Shown one piece after another: positions 1-11,274 of a stretch of 64,000 bases of DNA. Origin of the DNA: Nemertoderma westbladi (taxonomy: Eukaryota; Animalia; Xenacoelomorpha). The stretch covers positions 1-64,000 of the forward strand of contig JAUCBJ010007602.1 in NCBI GenBank assembly GCA_032718475.1. The letters run 5' to 3'. A program made the translations under genes and the position numbers. Within the stretch, counting starts at the first letter, position 1. The number at the start of each line of letters is the position of its first letter. The notes under the pieces were generated by a model. That model searched no databases. It saw only the letters and a list, made by a program, of their open reading frames with translations, and had not been told where the DNA came from.

Positions 1-530
1 ATATTTACACCTAGCCAGGGTCTAAGTACATTCATTTCGCTAAGTTTTCCTAATAATAAAGTTTGGATGTGGGGTTGAATTTTAATTAATGATGAATGAA
101 TATCAGGAAAATCTTCATCATCTGGAAGATTGTAAACATAGATTTCTAAACGGTTATCGTGTGCGGCTCGTTCGAGGATAAAAATTGATGAACCTTGACC
201 AGATTTCAGTCTTTTTCTAGATACGATAGTATTGTTTTGGTTCCGTTGTGGTGGTGGTCTAACATGATAATAACGTTGGTGACAGTCGTGACATAAGTAA
301 TTCTCATATAAATACTCTTTATTACAAGTAGGGCAAGTTTTTTCATACACGCAAAACTTCATTTCTTTACATCCCGTAGTCGACTCATGTCGTTTACATA
401 TTTCTTCACGTGAACATTTCACACGACAATTAAAACAATTGTATTCTTCAAAATGAGATTTCACATGTGTTAAATAATTTCGTTTAGAAATTTGAAGAGG
501 ACAAAATGGACATTTCAATTGTTTATCCAT
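1..530 (-). CDS. Partial ORF (open to the window edge): Cys/His zinc-finger-rich N-terminus, probably the start of a Polinton/adintovirus-type protein-primed DNA polymerase B
   Basis: Hand translation from ATG at 530: MDKQLKCPFCPLQISKRNYLTHVKSHFEEYNCFNCRVKCSREEICKRHE...CPTCNKEYLYENYLCHDCH...ERAAHDNRLEIYVYNLPDDEDFPDIHSSLIKIQPHIQTLLLGKLSEMNVLRPWLGVN, with no stop down to base 1. A C2H2 finger (CPFC-x11-H-x3-H) is visible. The polymerase assignment rests only on resemblance and context; no catalytic motif is in the window. Confidence 0.5.
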   Translation of the reverse strand, partial: MDKQLKCPFCPLQISKRNYLTHVKSHFEEYNCFNCRVKCSREEICKRHESTTGCKEMKFCVYEKTCPTCNKEYLYENYLCHDCHQRYYHVRPPPQRNQNNTIVSRKRLKSGQGSSIFILERAAHDNRLEIYVYNLPDDEDFPDIHSSLIKIQPHIQTLLLGKLSEMNVLRPWLGVN

Positions 531-1080
531 CTCTTTATTATCCTAAAAACAATTTAAAATTAATATGAATATTGTTATATATATAATCAAAAAAAAATTC
601 ATAAGCTACTCAACACAAATAAAATATAATATCTAAACTTTAATTAATTTAATATTTTCAGAATGAGCTCGATTGAATCAGTTGAGCTCTTTATATATAT
701 ATATTTCAAGTTTCTACTTATACCAACCAATCATAAATAACAGTTACATTGGAAACTAATATCATAAATAAAGTTGCTTTTACAACTGAATTCTTTATAA
801 TAAAATCAAGTATAAACCAAGATGTACATAATACGTTTTTAATTTTCATTGATAAAGTAGGTTTTACATGCAAATGTTTTATTATGGTGGTGTAAACTCA
901 CGCATTTACATGCGAATGTTTTATACCTAATCCCGTGCTCACATTAAACTATCACCAATATTTACTCAATAAAGTCACCTTTACATGCAAATACTTTATA
1001 ATAATCACGCTTTGTGATAAAAAGTTACCTTTACAAGTTAGTGTGAAACTGAAAAAGAAAAGTCTCTAGTTAATAATAAA

Positions 1081-1368
1081 TCAATCTGATACTGTTTTTA
1101 TATGTTCCTTATTGTAATCTGCTACCTCTTCACTTGCTTTTGTAACTTTTATTTTCTTTGTAGGTATAGAATCATTGTTGGGAATGGAAGATGATTGAGA
1201 TGTAGATCTGCGCTTTCTATCACTCGAGGACTCTTCGATGTATGTCTTTGGATTAAATGTGGATGAAACTACTTCTGGAAATGACTTATTAACCTTAAAC
1301 TTCCAAGTTGGTGGATATAGAATCACGAAACCGTCTGCTATATCAGTTGATGAAACCTTTAACATCAT
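1081..1368 (-). CDS. Small Ser/Lys-rich hypothetical protein, overlapping the end of the upstream ORF
   Basis: 95-aa ORF with basic stretches (RKRR, KKIK), co-oriented with its neighbours. No family recognised. Confidence 0.3.
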   Translation of the reverse strand: MMLKVSSTDIADGFVILYPPTWKFKVNKSFPEVVSSTFNPKTYIEESSSDRKRRSTSQSSSIPNNDSIPTKKIKVTKASEEVADYNKEHIKTVSD

Positions 1369-2137
1369 TAGAGATCATAGAGTAGAGAAACTCTATATGA
1401 GGTATGTCTTTATCGTAATGTAACTGTAAATATTTGCTTTCCTTGTCTGTAATAATTACTTTTTTTTCTTGTACATTTATTTTTACTTTAAGTCGGTCAG
1501 ATAAAGCTACTTTATCGTCCGTATCTAGCTCTGAAAAGACACCTTCGTTACTAATTTCATAATTCCATTCATACCACAATGAATTTACTTCCGATGCTGT
1601 TAAGTTAAACCCATTATAATACCTAAGACCAATAGCATCAGAATATCTAGCTGAAATCTCCCATAGTCCCATATAAGTCGCTCCTTTATATTTGCTTACA
1701 AAACCAACAAAAGATGGGTTGGTTAAATTAACAACATAACACTGATTTATTATTTCGAGTGGTGGTGATAACAATTCTAATATTTCTGTCTTACTCTGAA
1801 GTAATAAATTAATGAATGATTTGTTTAGAATTTGACATTTGCCTTGCTTCTGAATATATACGTTTTCAGTAATAACACAGGTGGAAATATTTAACTTTCC
1901 TCTTGTAAATTCTATATTAGGATAAATATTACCTCTTGAAACTGGTGATTCCTTTTGTCGGTTGAATAATATTTCTAAGACGTCTAGAAGGTAGAGTGTA
2001 TCCTGGTAAGAGAAGCACGTTGTTACATTGCTATCGCTTGAGAGTAATATAAAGTACTTGCCATAAACAATACTACAGGTATATTTATTAAATGTAAATT
2101 TCCAAGTATTGCTTGAAGTTTTTTTAAATAAATCCAT
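1343..2137 (-). CDS. 264-aa protein with a possible PC4/Sub1-like ssDNA-binding domain
   Basis: VGFVSKYKGATYMGLWE...YYNGFNLTASEVNSL resembles the PC4 pattern (VxVxxFKGxxxIDIRE...KGISLxxEQWxxL). Intact ORF inside the putative Polinton. Confidence 0.4.
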   Translation of the reverse strand: MDLFKKTSSNTWKFTFNKYTCSIVYGKYFILLSSDSNVTTCFSYQDTLYLLDVLEILFNRQKESPVSRGNIYPNIEFTRGKLNISTCVITENVYIQKQGKCQILNKSFINLLLQSKTEILELLSPPLEIINQCYVVNLTNPSFVGFVSKYKGATYMGLWEISARYSDAIGLRYYNGFNLTASEVNSLWYEWNYEISNEGVFSELDTDDKVALSDRLKVKINVQEKKVIITDKESKYLQLHYDKDIPHIEFLYSMISNDVKGFIN

Positions 2138-2689
2138 AATTAGAATGAAAACTATTTTGAAAAATAAAAACTAAATAAATGATTATTAGATTGTAAAACT
2201 TCGGTTTATATGGTTGCTTTAATAAAACAGAGTGACTTACAGTGAGGAATATAGTAGATTCGTGTAACAGATGCAACGTGTACAGCTAAATTTATTACAT
2301 TAGCGTGAGTTAGAGAGTGAAATAGCAGTAACGTGTAACAGATGCAACGTAATCAATGCTAGCCCTGTCATTCTAACTTATATTCAACTTAGTTGATCGA
2401 CCAGTTACAACGATAAAAGAAATTGATTATTATTAATAGTCGAATTAATGTATTCTACGCTATAGTAATTATGTTAAGGAACTAGAAGCTATTTATAAAC
2501 ATCTGCTACCGGTGATGAAGATGAAGAATTCAATGACTATGGTATAACTCAGATATTTATCGCCTTTTTCTCTCGAGGTTGGATGGAAGAGTGATTGGTG
2601 AGTTGTGAGGAGTTATATCGGTCCCGGGTTCGAATCCGGTTGAATATTTTGTTATCTGAAAAATTGCAAAATTAAATTTAGTTACTGGT

Positions 2690-3040
2690 GAAAAATAGTA
2701 GAAGTTACCTGTAGACACCTCTAGCATCTGTAAGATAAAGGTTGGTGAATATGAAAAATACTGGTTGCTGAAAAATTGCGATTTGAAAAATAGTAGAAGT
2801 TACCTGTAGACACCTCTAGCGTCTGTAAAATAAAGGTTGGTAAATATGAAAAATACTGGTTGCTGAAAAATTGCGATTTGAAAAATAGTAGAAGTTACCT
2901 GTAGACACCTCTAGCGTCTATAAAATAACGGTTGGTGAATATGAAAAATACTGGTTGGTGAAAAATTGCGATTTGAAAAATAGTAGACGTTACCTGATGC
3001 TAAGTGTAGACACTCGAACACCTGTAAAATAAAGGTTGGT
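2690..3040. repeat. About 95-bp tandem repeat, 3-4 copies, in the putative TIR/subterminal region
   Basis: GAAAAATAGTAGAAGTTACCTGTAGACACCTCTAGC recurs at about 2690, 2786 and 2880, with a degenerate copy at about 2975. Confidence 0.9.
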
Positions 3041-4606
3041 GATTGGATGCAGTACTAGCGTCGGGGGACTAATAACGCCTCTAGCGGAATAAGCGGGAAC
3101 TTGAGAATTTACCATGGTTACGGATGAAATGCTGTCATCTGATTGGTTGAAATAATAACGACCACCGCTAAAGGATGAAATGGTGGCTTCTGATTGGTTG
3201 CAGTACCAGAAATGGATGGTAATGATGGGCTACGGGTGACCATGAAGCCGTGTACTAGTTTCTTATACTACTCTGGTGGCCCTAAGCCACATTTTAGTAA
3301 TTTCAAAAAATGGCCCGAAAATTGATATTTTTCCGCAAACCCTTTTAAAAGAAAAAGCATGGCATGGCATGCAAAAAGCATTTATGGGGGTTTTAGTATG
3401 TGCGGGCTATATTTTGGGAATAAAATATTTTGTGATAGACAAAGTGTAGCAGATTTACAAAAGTTTTTGTAAAGCTTGTTGCAGTAGTTTTACAAAACCA
3501 ACGATAGTAGTAGTCCTAAAGCTGCTGACCATTTTGCTATATGTTTGATGGCAATTGAGTAACAAATAACATCAAAACAAAGTCAAAATCGACAAACTGA
3601 TAAAAAGGACAGAGAGCATAAATATCAGCAATATATTATGTTGTTGAAAAGAGCAGTTTTAAGGTCAAAAAATAATTCCATGTTGAAAACCAATATCACC
3701 TTATGAAAGCCCTTCTATCAAACTACAAAAAATGGTGTAAATTTTCGAAAATTTCAATTCTGTGGGGGTTATAGTTGGCCCCCTTAAGGCTGACTGGCCC
3801 CTGTAGGCATCTAATTTTAATTTATCCAAATTCAATTATGCTGTCCCAGAGTTTTAGATTTTGCAGGAATTGCACCTAAAATGCCATCAAATGCAAAATT
3901 CAATACACGAGGGCAGACCATCTGAATTTCGGTTAAATTAAATTACAGTAGCGACAAGAAGATATTTCTGACACGTTTTTTTTTATCAACAACTATTTTA
4001 TCTACAACTAATTTATCCTTTTTTTTTATCTATTAGGGCTTATATTTATAAAACTCGTTTCCGGTCAAAAAAAAAATAACATTTCGCTCTACCATATCTC
4101 CATGCTATACATTTACTATGTAGGCCTACAGTATTTCCAGTAAGTCACCACGTCAAAATTTGGTTGTTCTTTTTTGGTTGGTATTTGTTTAACAGCATAA
4201 CTACAAATAATTCCCCACAAATAATAAAATTAAATTCTCAATTCTTCATAATTAGCACATTAAAGTTTTACTGCCCATGTTTTATTATTTCCCTGCCATC
4301 AGGTCTCGAACTAATAAAGCAGCACCTGTCGGTCGACTGAGCTAGAATAGAATTTGCAATTTTATCACAAATTTAGGGATAGAAAGTAGTCGAAAGATGC
4401 ACTTTCTTGCAAATTTTAGTGATAAAAAATGTGGACTTTTCCGATAAAAATATTTTTTTCACAGGAATGACTCACTGAGAAAAAATGGCCCGTATTTTCG
4501 GCTGGCCCTAAGTAAGGCCCGTGCCTTATATGCTTATATTATATTGATTGTATTAATATAATATATTGTGGCAAACCCACCACCACGCACAATCAAACTA
4601 CAGTAT

Positions 4607-5090
4607 TTATTTTTTTATTAAACGCATACATGTTAGTATGATGGGGTGAGTTGAGAAAAGGCCAGAAGACCAGTTGGTAAGCCGAAGCTTGATAGGCACT
4701 GGCCTTCTGAGTAATAAAGTATAAGATAACATTAATAATAAGTATAAGAAATATTATTTGAAATGAAAGTAAAGAAATATTGTTATTATTATTTAATACA
4801 GTACATTAACTACAAGTAGGGAGTGTGAGGGCTACTCTGATGTAGATAGTTTTACACCAACAGTGTAAAACCCCTGTTAGTGTTCTGGCGAGTGTAACGG
4901 ATAGTTGACTTTCTAAATATGTTCGCAAATCCTACTGGAAGTTTATCATAATAAGCGTCAAACATTAATTTTCCTGAATTAAAAGTTTGTACAGGGATTG
5001 CAACGGAAGTATTTGTAATTATTTGTAGATAGGGATTGAATGTGCATCCCAATCGCTAAAAGTTATAGCTGGAATTATTTTGTTCACTTG
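4607..5090 (-). pseudogene. 3' fragment of a CR1/L2-like LINE
   Basis: Peptide KLMFDAYYDKLPVGFANIF...RYTRQ resembles the C-terminus of CR1/L2 ORF2. It is followed on the minus strand by a short UTR and an A-rich tail (T-run at about 4607-4618). Confidence 0.35.
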
Positions 5091-8000
5091 AACCCGCCTT
5101 AAGGTTAATCCGGCACTGGGTATAACAAAGGTGGTTATTTGGTGGTTATATAAAGCAGCCCATGGGGACTAACTATATCTACAATATTCCATGTGATGTT
5201 GTGACTATTTTCGGTCTGGAAAACCCGAAGGGGTACGGGCCACACGACATAGATCAGTGCTGCTACGAAGATGGTTGAGGCGGGAGTCGATTCGGGCAAG
5301 TTGCGTCGGTTCTTTGGATGGATTTCAGACATAACTGCCAATGGATATATTCAGAGGAGCGACATGCAGCATAAACGAATGGAATCACTGATGTGCACGG
5401 TAGATGAGAATAAGGAACCGTCATTCTCCAACTAAGTGCATCAGCATCAGAGATCGTAGTACTGATGGGAAATATGTTAACAGATCTTCAATCTTACAGT
5501 TGGCTTGCAGTTGGCAGTTAGGACCGATTTATCGAAAGACTTTTAATATAACTGCCGAGAAAGGGGCCGTTTTAAGTTTTTTTCTAAATAATAATTAATA
5601 ATGATAATCTTGCAATTCAAGAACAAATTATTTTATTTTTTTTATTTCAATTTCAGAAGATTTTTCAAGTTATTTTAGTTATATATATATACATATTTAT
5701 TTCAGATTCCGTATTAAAATATAGTAATATTATACAGTGATAATGCTGGTGATCTTTTTTTCAAATAAAACAATATATTCGATATAAAAATGTAATGGAA
5801 AACACTATTTTTCACTCACTTTCTTTAGAAAAATTCAGATATTCTGCCCCTGTTAAGATACCAACGAGTTTCTTCATAAAACTTAAAAATCATAAATTGT
5901 GATTACTAATATTAAGTAGTGCTGGGAGCATAATATTAGTATAATATAATATTATTTGCATTATATTATTTGTATTATTAGCATAATATTATTAATAACA
6001 TAATATTAGTAATCATGATCACACCAGTGACAGTATCGCGTCAGTATTTTATACACTGAAAATCATAAATTGAAAATTAAATATAATAAGAATCAATATA
6101 ATTATAAATGAAACAAGATAATCAATATCAAGTCCACCTAAGGGACATATGGTTGCCAAGAGGTGAGTGATGATGTACTGGTACCAATACACTGGTGGTA
6201 GAATGACAATTATATCACAATAATCACAATCAGTGCTTATATAGGGACAAATCCAATATCAATATAATCAATAAGCTCAACCAGTAATCTCTTTTTGGTA
6301 ATCAATTCAAAATTTCACCTGATTGATTGGGCGGTTGTGAGCTATAAGTTAAACAAAGCCATCTCATATCCCCTTATAACTTTCCCTAGCATTCAACCTG
6401 TCGTATGATGTTGCTTGGTTGTTTGCTTAATAAACACTTTTGCTCTCATGACCTACGTGCATACTCATATCATAATTAGCTACTCCTCTCTTAATTTCAC
6501 CATACTTGAATTGGTTCTTGGTCATTGATGCCTTTTCTCTAGTTATGACGTAGTTGATATATTGATAACACAAGTTCTTAGAATTTCCAACATGTTATCT
6601 CTATTGGTTGAGTCGAATGTTTCCGAAGTCCAAATATGTCAGAACTGCAGGAAGTATCTTTGATTTGAAATTTTAATCGATCAATATTTTTGGCTGATCT
6701 TTTAAACGTAAACACATGGTCCTATGACAATTCGAATAATCGCCTGATTGATCGCTTTGATATTTTCTATTCTGACCTAAGTGTGGTGTGTAAAAAACAT
6801 GCTCCCCTCAAAAAAGTGTTCAAAAAAATCAATTCCACGTAAACCATGGCTATCGGCTGCGCTGCTCAAATCCATTAATAAAAAAATAAACTATATGCAA
6901 AATATGTCAACAACCCAACCTTAATCAACCATAGTTTGTACAAGGCCTATAGAAATCGACTGACCACTACCCTGCGGGCCGCCGAACGGGAGAATTCTAC
7001 TAGAAAGCCAGCAAGCTGGCTGGAAGGAACCCGGGGGAAGAATCCTAGCCAAGACTATTACAAATGAACTATGTCAGTCAGCTGTAGGCCTAGTAAGTAG
7101 GCCTAAACTAAACAATTATATATATGACCCTGAACCCACCCTAGAACCACCCTATATTATAAATGCAGACTCCATTTTCCATACGAATATTACAACACCG
7201 ACTGCTAAGGCAATCAACCAATGCTGCATTATAGAACAAAACTAACAATAGAAAGGGGTAGCTATAGTTACTAAATCTAAAACACAAACAAACCTCAAAT
7301 ATCCTAGCTGTTCCACATTAGTGTCAGTAGTTCTGGTAAGATAATAATAGTGATAACAGTTTCTTTCAATTTTTTGAATAAATACAAATTATATAATATA
7401 TTATAGAGCAAATGTATAAACAAAAACTCAACTAATATTATGAAAATTTAAGGTCTAAACAATATGAAACAAAATAATACATTATCAAAGACAAATTAAA
7501 TTTTAATATCACAACAACTATATCCAAGAAATTTAACAAAACCGCAAATCAGTCAAAGTGAAAAGGGGGGACAGTTCCCCCCTTCAACCCCCCTTTCAAT
7601 CAGCACCCCGTCCCAAAAGCAAAGCCGTACCCAGACCCAGTCAAGCAGAATAACCTATGGAGATAGATATTATGACAACACACCCAGTTCTTTTAAATTT
7701 GCGTGATTTGAGTTTTATGCTCGCACCACTATTGAGTTTTATAATATTTGTAAGAAATGTTAAAACTTATCTTATGCCAATGTAGTAATGGTATTAAAAT
7801 ATAATTAAATTAATTAGCACTATTAATGCTTCAGCTAAAAAATGATGCTAATCCTATGTAATAATAAAAATAAGAATATTACTTTTAAGAACTTTCTACA
7901 TATAAACTATACAAAATAATCAGCCCAAGGATTCGTGGAATAATAATATAATCCTACTGCAGTTGTATATTTTATTATGTATATTGACAACTCAACTATT

Positions 8001-8299
8001 TTCTGTCTATACCTGAGAAGTGTAGACTCAGCCAGCAGCGCTGCTCCTACAAGGCAAAGGCAGGCAGGAGGGGTGTAGTCAAAGTCAAGAAATTCCGCCT
8101 GGATGGAATTCTATCTCAGACAGCCCTGCACTCCACCGTTCCTACTCCACAGCTAGCTGCTGCAGCTCAGGCAGGAGTTGTTATTTTACCATTGCTTTTA
8201 ATTTCGCGACAAAATAATGTCAAAAAACTAAATATATCGAATACCACACATAGAATCGATCTGATATTTTGTAACGTGATTATGAACAACCAAAGCAAT

Positions 8300-8805
8300 G
8301 TACTTGCAAAATTTCATCAAAATCGCCAGGCAGGAAGTGCCTGAACCTAGATAATTATCAGTCAGTCAGTCAGTCAGTCAGTCAGTCAGTCAGTCAGTCA
8401 GTCAGTCAGTCAGTCAGTCAGTCAGTCAGTCAGTCAGTCAGTCAGTCAGTCAGTCAGTCAGTCAGTCAGTCAGTCAGTCAGTCAGTCAGTCAGTCAGTCA
8501 GTCAGTCAGTCAGTCAGTCAGTCAGTCAGTCAGTCAGTCAGTCAGTCAGTCAGTCAGTCAGTCAGTCAGTCAGTCAGTCAGTCAGTCAGTCAGTCAGTCA
8601 GTCAGTCAGTCAGTCAGTCAGTCAGTCAGTCAGTCAGTCAGTCAGTCAGTCAGTCAGTCAGTCAGTCAGTCAGTCAGTCAGTCAGTCAGTCAGTCAGTCA
8701 GTCAGTCAGTCAGTCAGTCAGTCAGTGTTATATATCCTGAGATTTTTACAGTAAGTATCCTGCAGATTTTTACAGTAAGTATCCCGCTGTCGAGCGGGCT
8801 CCTAA
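8300..8805 (+). mobile_element. 3' part of a probable non-autonomous Helitron/Helentron-like element carrying the (CAGT)n tract (5' end not defined)
   Basis: Hairpin CCCGCT-GTCG-AGCGGG (8783-8798), then CTAA (a CTRR end, 8802-8805), then T. Upstream AAAATTTCATCAAAATCG and an internal tetranucleotide microsatellite are as seen in DINE-1-like elements. Confidence 0.45.
8358..8726. repeat. (CAGT)n microsatellite, about 92 perfect units
   Basis: Directly visible. Confidence 0.99.
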
Positions 8806-8819
8806 TTACACCTCTCAAT

Positions 8820-9360
8820 TTCATAATAATAAATCAAACATGCGGAAACCTTGGCGTACAATAAATGATGCTTTGGGCCGAAATTCAAAAAATTGTATTC
8901 CACGTAAACTTTCTGTATCAATATATAACAATGAGTCGATTATAATAAATCCTATAGGTATGGCGGAATCATTTAACTCATTTTTTACATCTATCACGTG
9001 ATATCCCTACTTCTCCTCGTTGTCCATTACGCCACATTCAGCACAACAAATCAAATTCATTTGCACACATTAATACTACTCCAGTTGAAGTACAATATTA
9101 TTTATTACAATTAATTGAAGCATCAACATCAAATGACAAATGTCCAACAAAACTTATAAAAACAGCCGCACATATAATATGTAGTCATATTTCGGAACTA
9201 ATCAATCTAAGTATCAAACACGGTTTTTCCCGAATTCTCTCAAGGTAGCAAAAGTAAACCCAGTTTTTAAATCTGGTGACCCATGCCTTAAGACTAATTA
9301 TCGCCCTATCTCTTTACTGCCAGTATTGAGCAAAGTGTTTGAACGCATAATATATCACGT
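8820..9360 (+). pseudogene. Frameshifted CR1/L2-like LINE ORF2 fragment (pre-RT region and RT domain 0/1)
   Basis: 9242-9355 translates to KVAKVNPVFKSGDPCLKTNYRPISLLPVLSKVFERIIY. Upstream peptides are WRTINDALGR and MAESFNSFFTSI. Confidence 0.85.
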
Positions 9361-9619
9361 ATTCTAGGTCATTGATCAAGAAAAGTTGCCACCTCCATGC
9401 AGCATAAAGGAGGTGCCACCTGTAGCTGCATAGACGCTCTTACTAGGGAAAATCTGGTCCTGTAACTAGGACCCCCTTCATTCTGGGATAAGGACGCCCT
9501 TGGTACTGGATAATGGACCCATATACTTGGCTGCAGGGGTATATGGCCTGGCCAGGCAGATGGTGATCTACCTATGGCTGGTCAGGATTAGAGTGTTCTC
9601 ATGTCCACTCTGAGTGCAC

Positions 9620-10340
9620 TTCACTGCAACCTGCACCTGGCAGCAGGGGTACAGGGCATGACCCAGCAGATGAGCTGCACAGCCAATGGTGGGTCATGTG
9701 CGCCAGAGTAGATATGGGTGATGGGCCTCATATCTGACTCCACTGCGACACCCACCCTGTGGAATGGCAAACCAGGGTATAGTATTTGCCCCGAGAGCTG
9801 ACTCGTCAAAAATGCACCCCCAACCCCCACTATGGAGACTAATCAGTGTTTCTGCTTCCCATGGTACTGCATTAACCCCCTCAACTGGGTATGCATATCA
9901 TCCCTCATACGTTTACCCGCCCTCTCTCTTTCTCTATCCTCTCTAATACTCAGATCAGCTAACTCTGCTTCTCTCGCAATCCTCTCAGCTTTCCTCGCCT
10001 TTCGCTCTCTGGGCTCGTTCGTTTCTCTCTCAACCCTCGATGCCTATCTCGTTTCTTGCTCTTTGCGACCATTCTCTTCTCTCTCAACCTGTACTCTATG
10101 CTCATTTATTTCCCTCTCAGCCCACTCCTCCTCCCTTGCCTCCCGTTCTCTATAATCTCTCGCCACCTTCTCGGCCCTCTCCTTACACTCTCTGGCTAGT
10201 TGCCTTTCCCTTTCTAGTAACGCAGTCCCCTCATCCAGCTGTCTCTCTAGTTCCTTTTGATCCAGCGCGACTATGTCTAGTTGACACGCCAGATCTATCT
10301 CTAACGCCCTTCTTGCTTTCGCGGAGGATGTAGCGGACAT
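9620..10340 (-). pseudogene. Decayed ORF with a Glu/Arg-rich coiled coil; family unknown, possibly TE ORF1/gag-like
   Basis: ORF 10044-10340 (ERERQLARECKERAEK...) continues in frame through stops (REAELADLSIRG*REREAG...) into ORF 9621-9830. Confidence 0.3.
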
Positions 10341-10914
10341 TTCGGTTGCGACGGACTCCCATCACCTGTTTGTCCTACTAATTCACCCATGCTTACTGGG
10401 ATTCCTACTAACCGACGACACCGAATCTTCGGGGTTAACCTCAGGTTTGGTGTCATGCGGGTCCGCCCATCCCACTAACTTAATTCCCCTCGCATCTACT
10501 AGATAGGGCCCTACGTACACCACACTAGCCACCATCACCTAGGATCGCCACAATTCGAACAGTTCTGTGGCGACCCCCCTCGCCCTCTCACTTGCATATT
10601 TCCCCCTGCCCAAATCGAACTAGGTAGCGAAAATGCTTGTTGCACTCACCTAGCCTCCGGTACAACTTGGACTGGTCTACCTTTCCTCCCTCTCTAGCAT
10701 CCTTCAACAACTTCTTGGTGGCGTTGTACCCTCATCGTAGGCGATCGCTCATCCCGACGTCTTCCTCCTGGACTTGACCTTCCCTCCTCATCCGGCGCCA
10801 TACCGTCAGACCCACCGTTGCCGTTCCGGTGGGCCGTTCGCCGCCCTCGGCCACTGGTCGGCCAGCGACTTCGGTACTTCATTCGCCGCTCTGATCTTGC
10901 CTCGACTCGCTCTA

Positions 10915-11274
10915 TTATGTGGGCTTTATTAAATCTACCCGGGCGTGGGGTCACGCTCACTCCTTGTAGGCCTTTATTGAATCTACCCGGGTATGGGTTC
11001 AAGCTCACTCTTTGTGGGCTTTATTAAATCTACCTGGGTGCAGGGTCAAGCTCACTCTTTGTGGGCTTTATCAAATCTACTTGGGCATGGGGTCAAGCTC
11101 ACTATTTGTGGGCCTTTATTAAATCTACCCAGGCACTGGTTCAAGCTCACTCTTTGTGGGCTTTATTAAATCTACCCAGGCGCTGGGTCACGCTCACTCT
11201 TTGTGACCTTTATTAAATCTACCTGGGCGCGGGGTCAAGCTCACTCTTTGTGTGCTTTATTAAATCTACCCGGT
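10915..11274. repeat. 47/48-bp satellite, left part of array 1
   Basis: Unit GTGGGC(C)TTTATTAAATCTACCCGGGCGCGGGGTCACGCTCACTCTTT. Confidence 0.95.

Larger units (their letters stand above)
1..3272 (-). mobile_element. Terminal part of a probable Maverick/Polinton-like element (rest lies left of the window)
   Basis: ACTACT at 3267-3272 is the reverse complement of the AGTAGT terminus typical of Polintons. It is preceded by subterminal tandem repeats and several GATTGG (CCAAT) boxes, and by compact intronless AT-rich minus-strand ORFs. The other TIR and the 6-bp TSD (predicted CTGGTG) are not in the window. Confidence 0.55.

Noticed and set aside
3273-4530. Possible DNA transposon end (GGCCCGTGCC|TTA) flanking the Polinton
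   Set aside because: No partner TIR in the window, so it cannot be supported.
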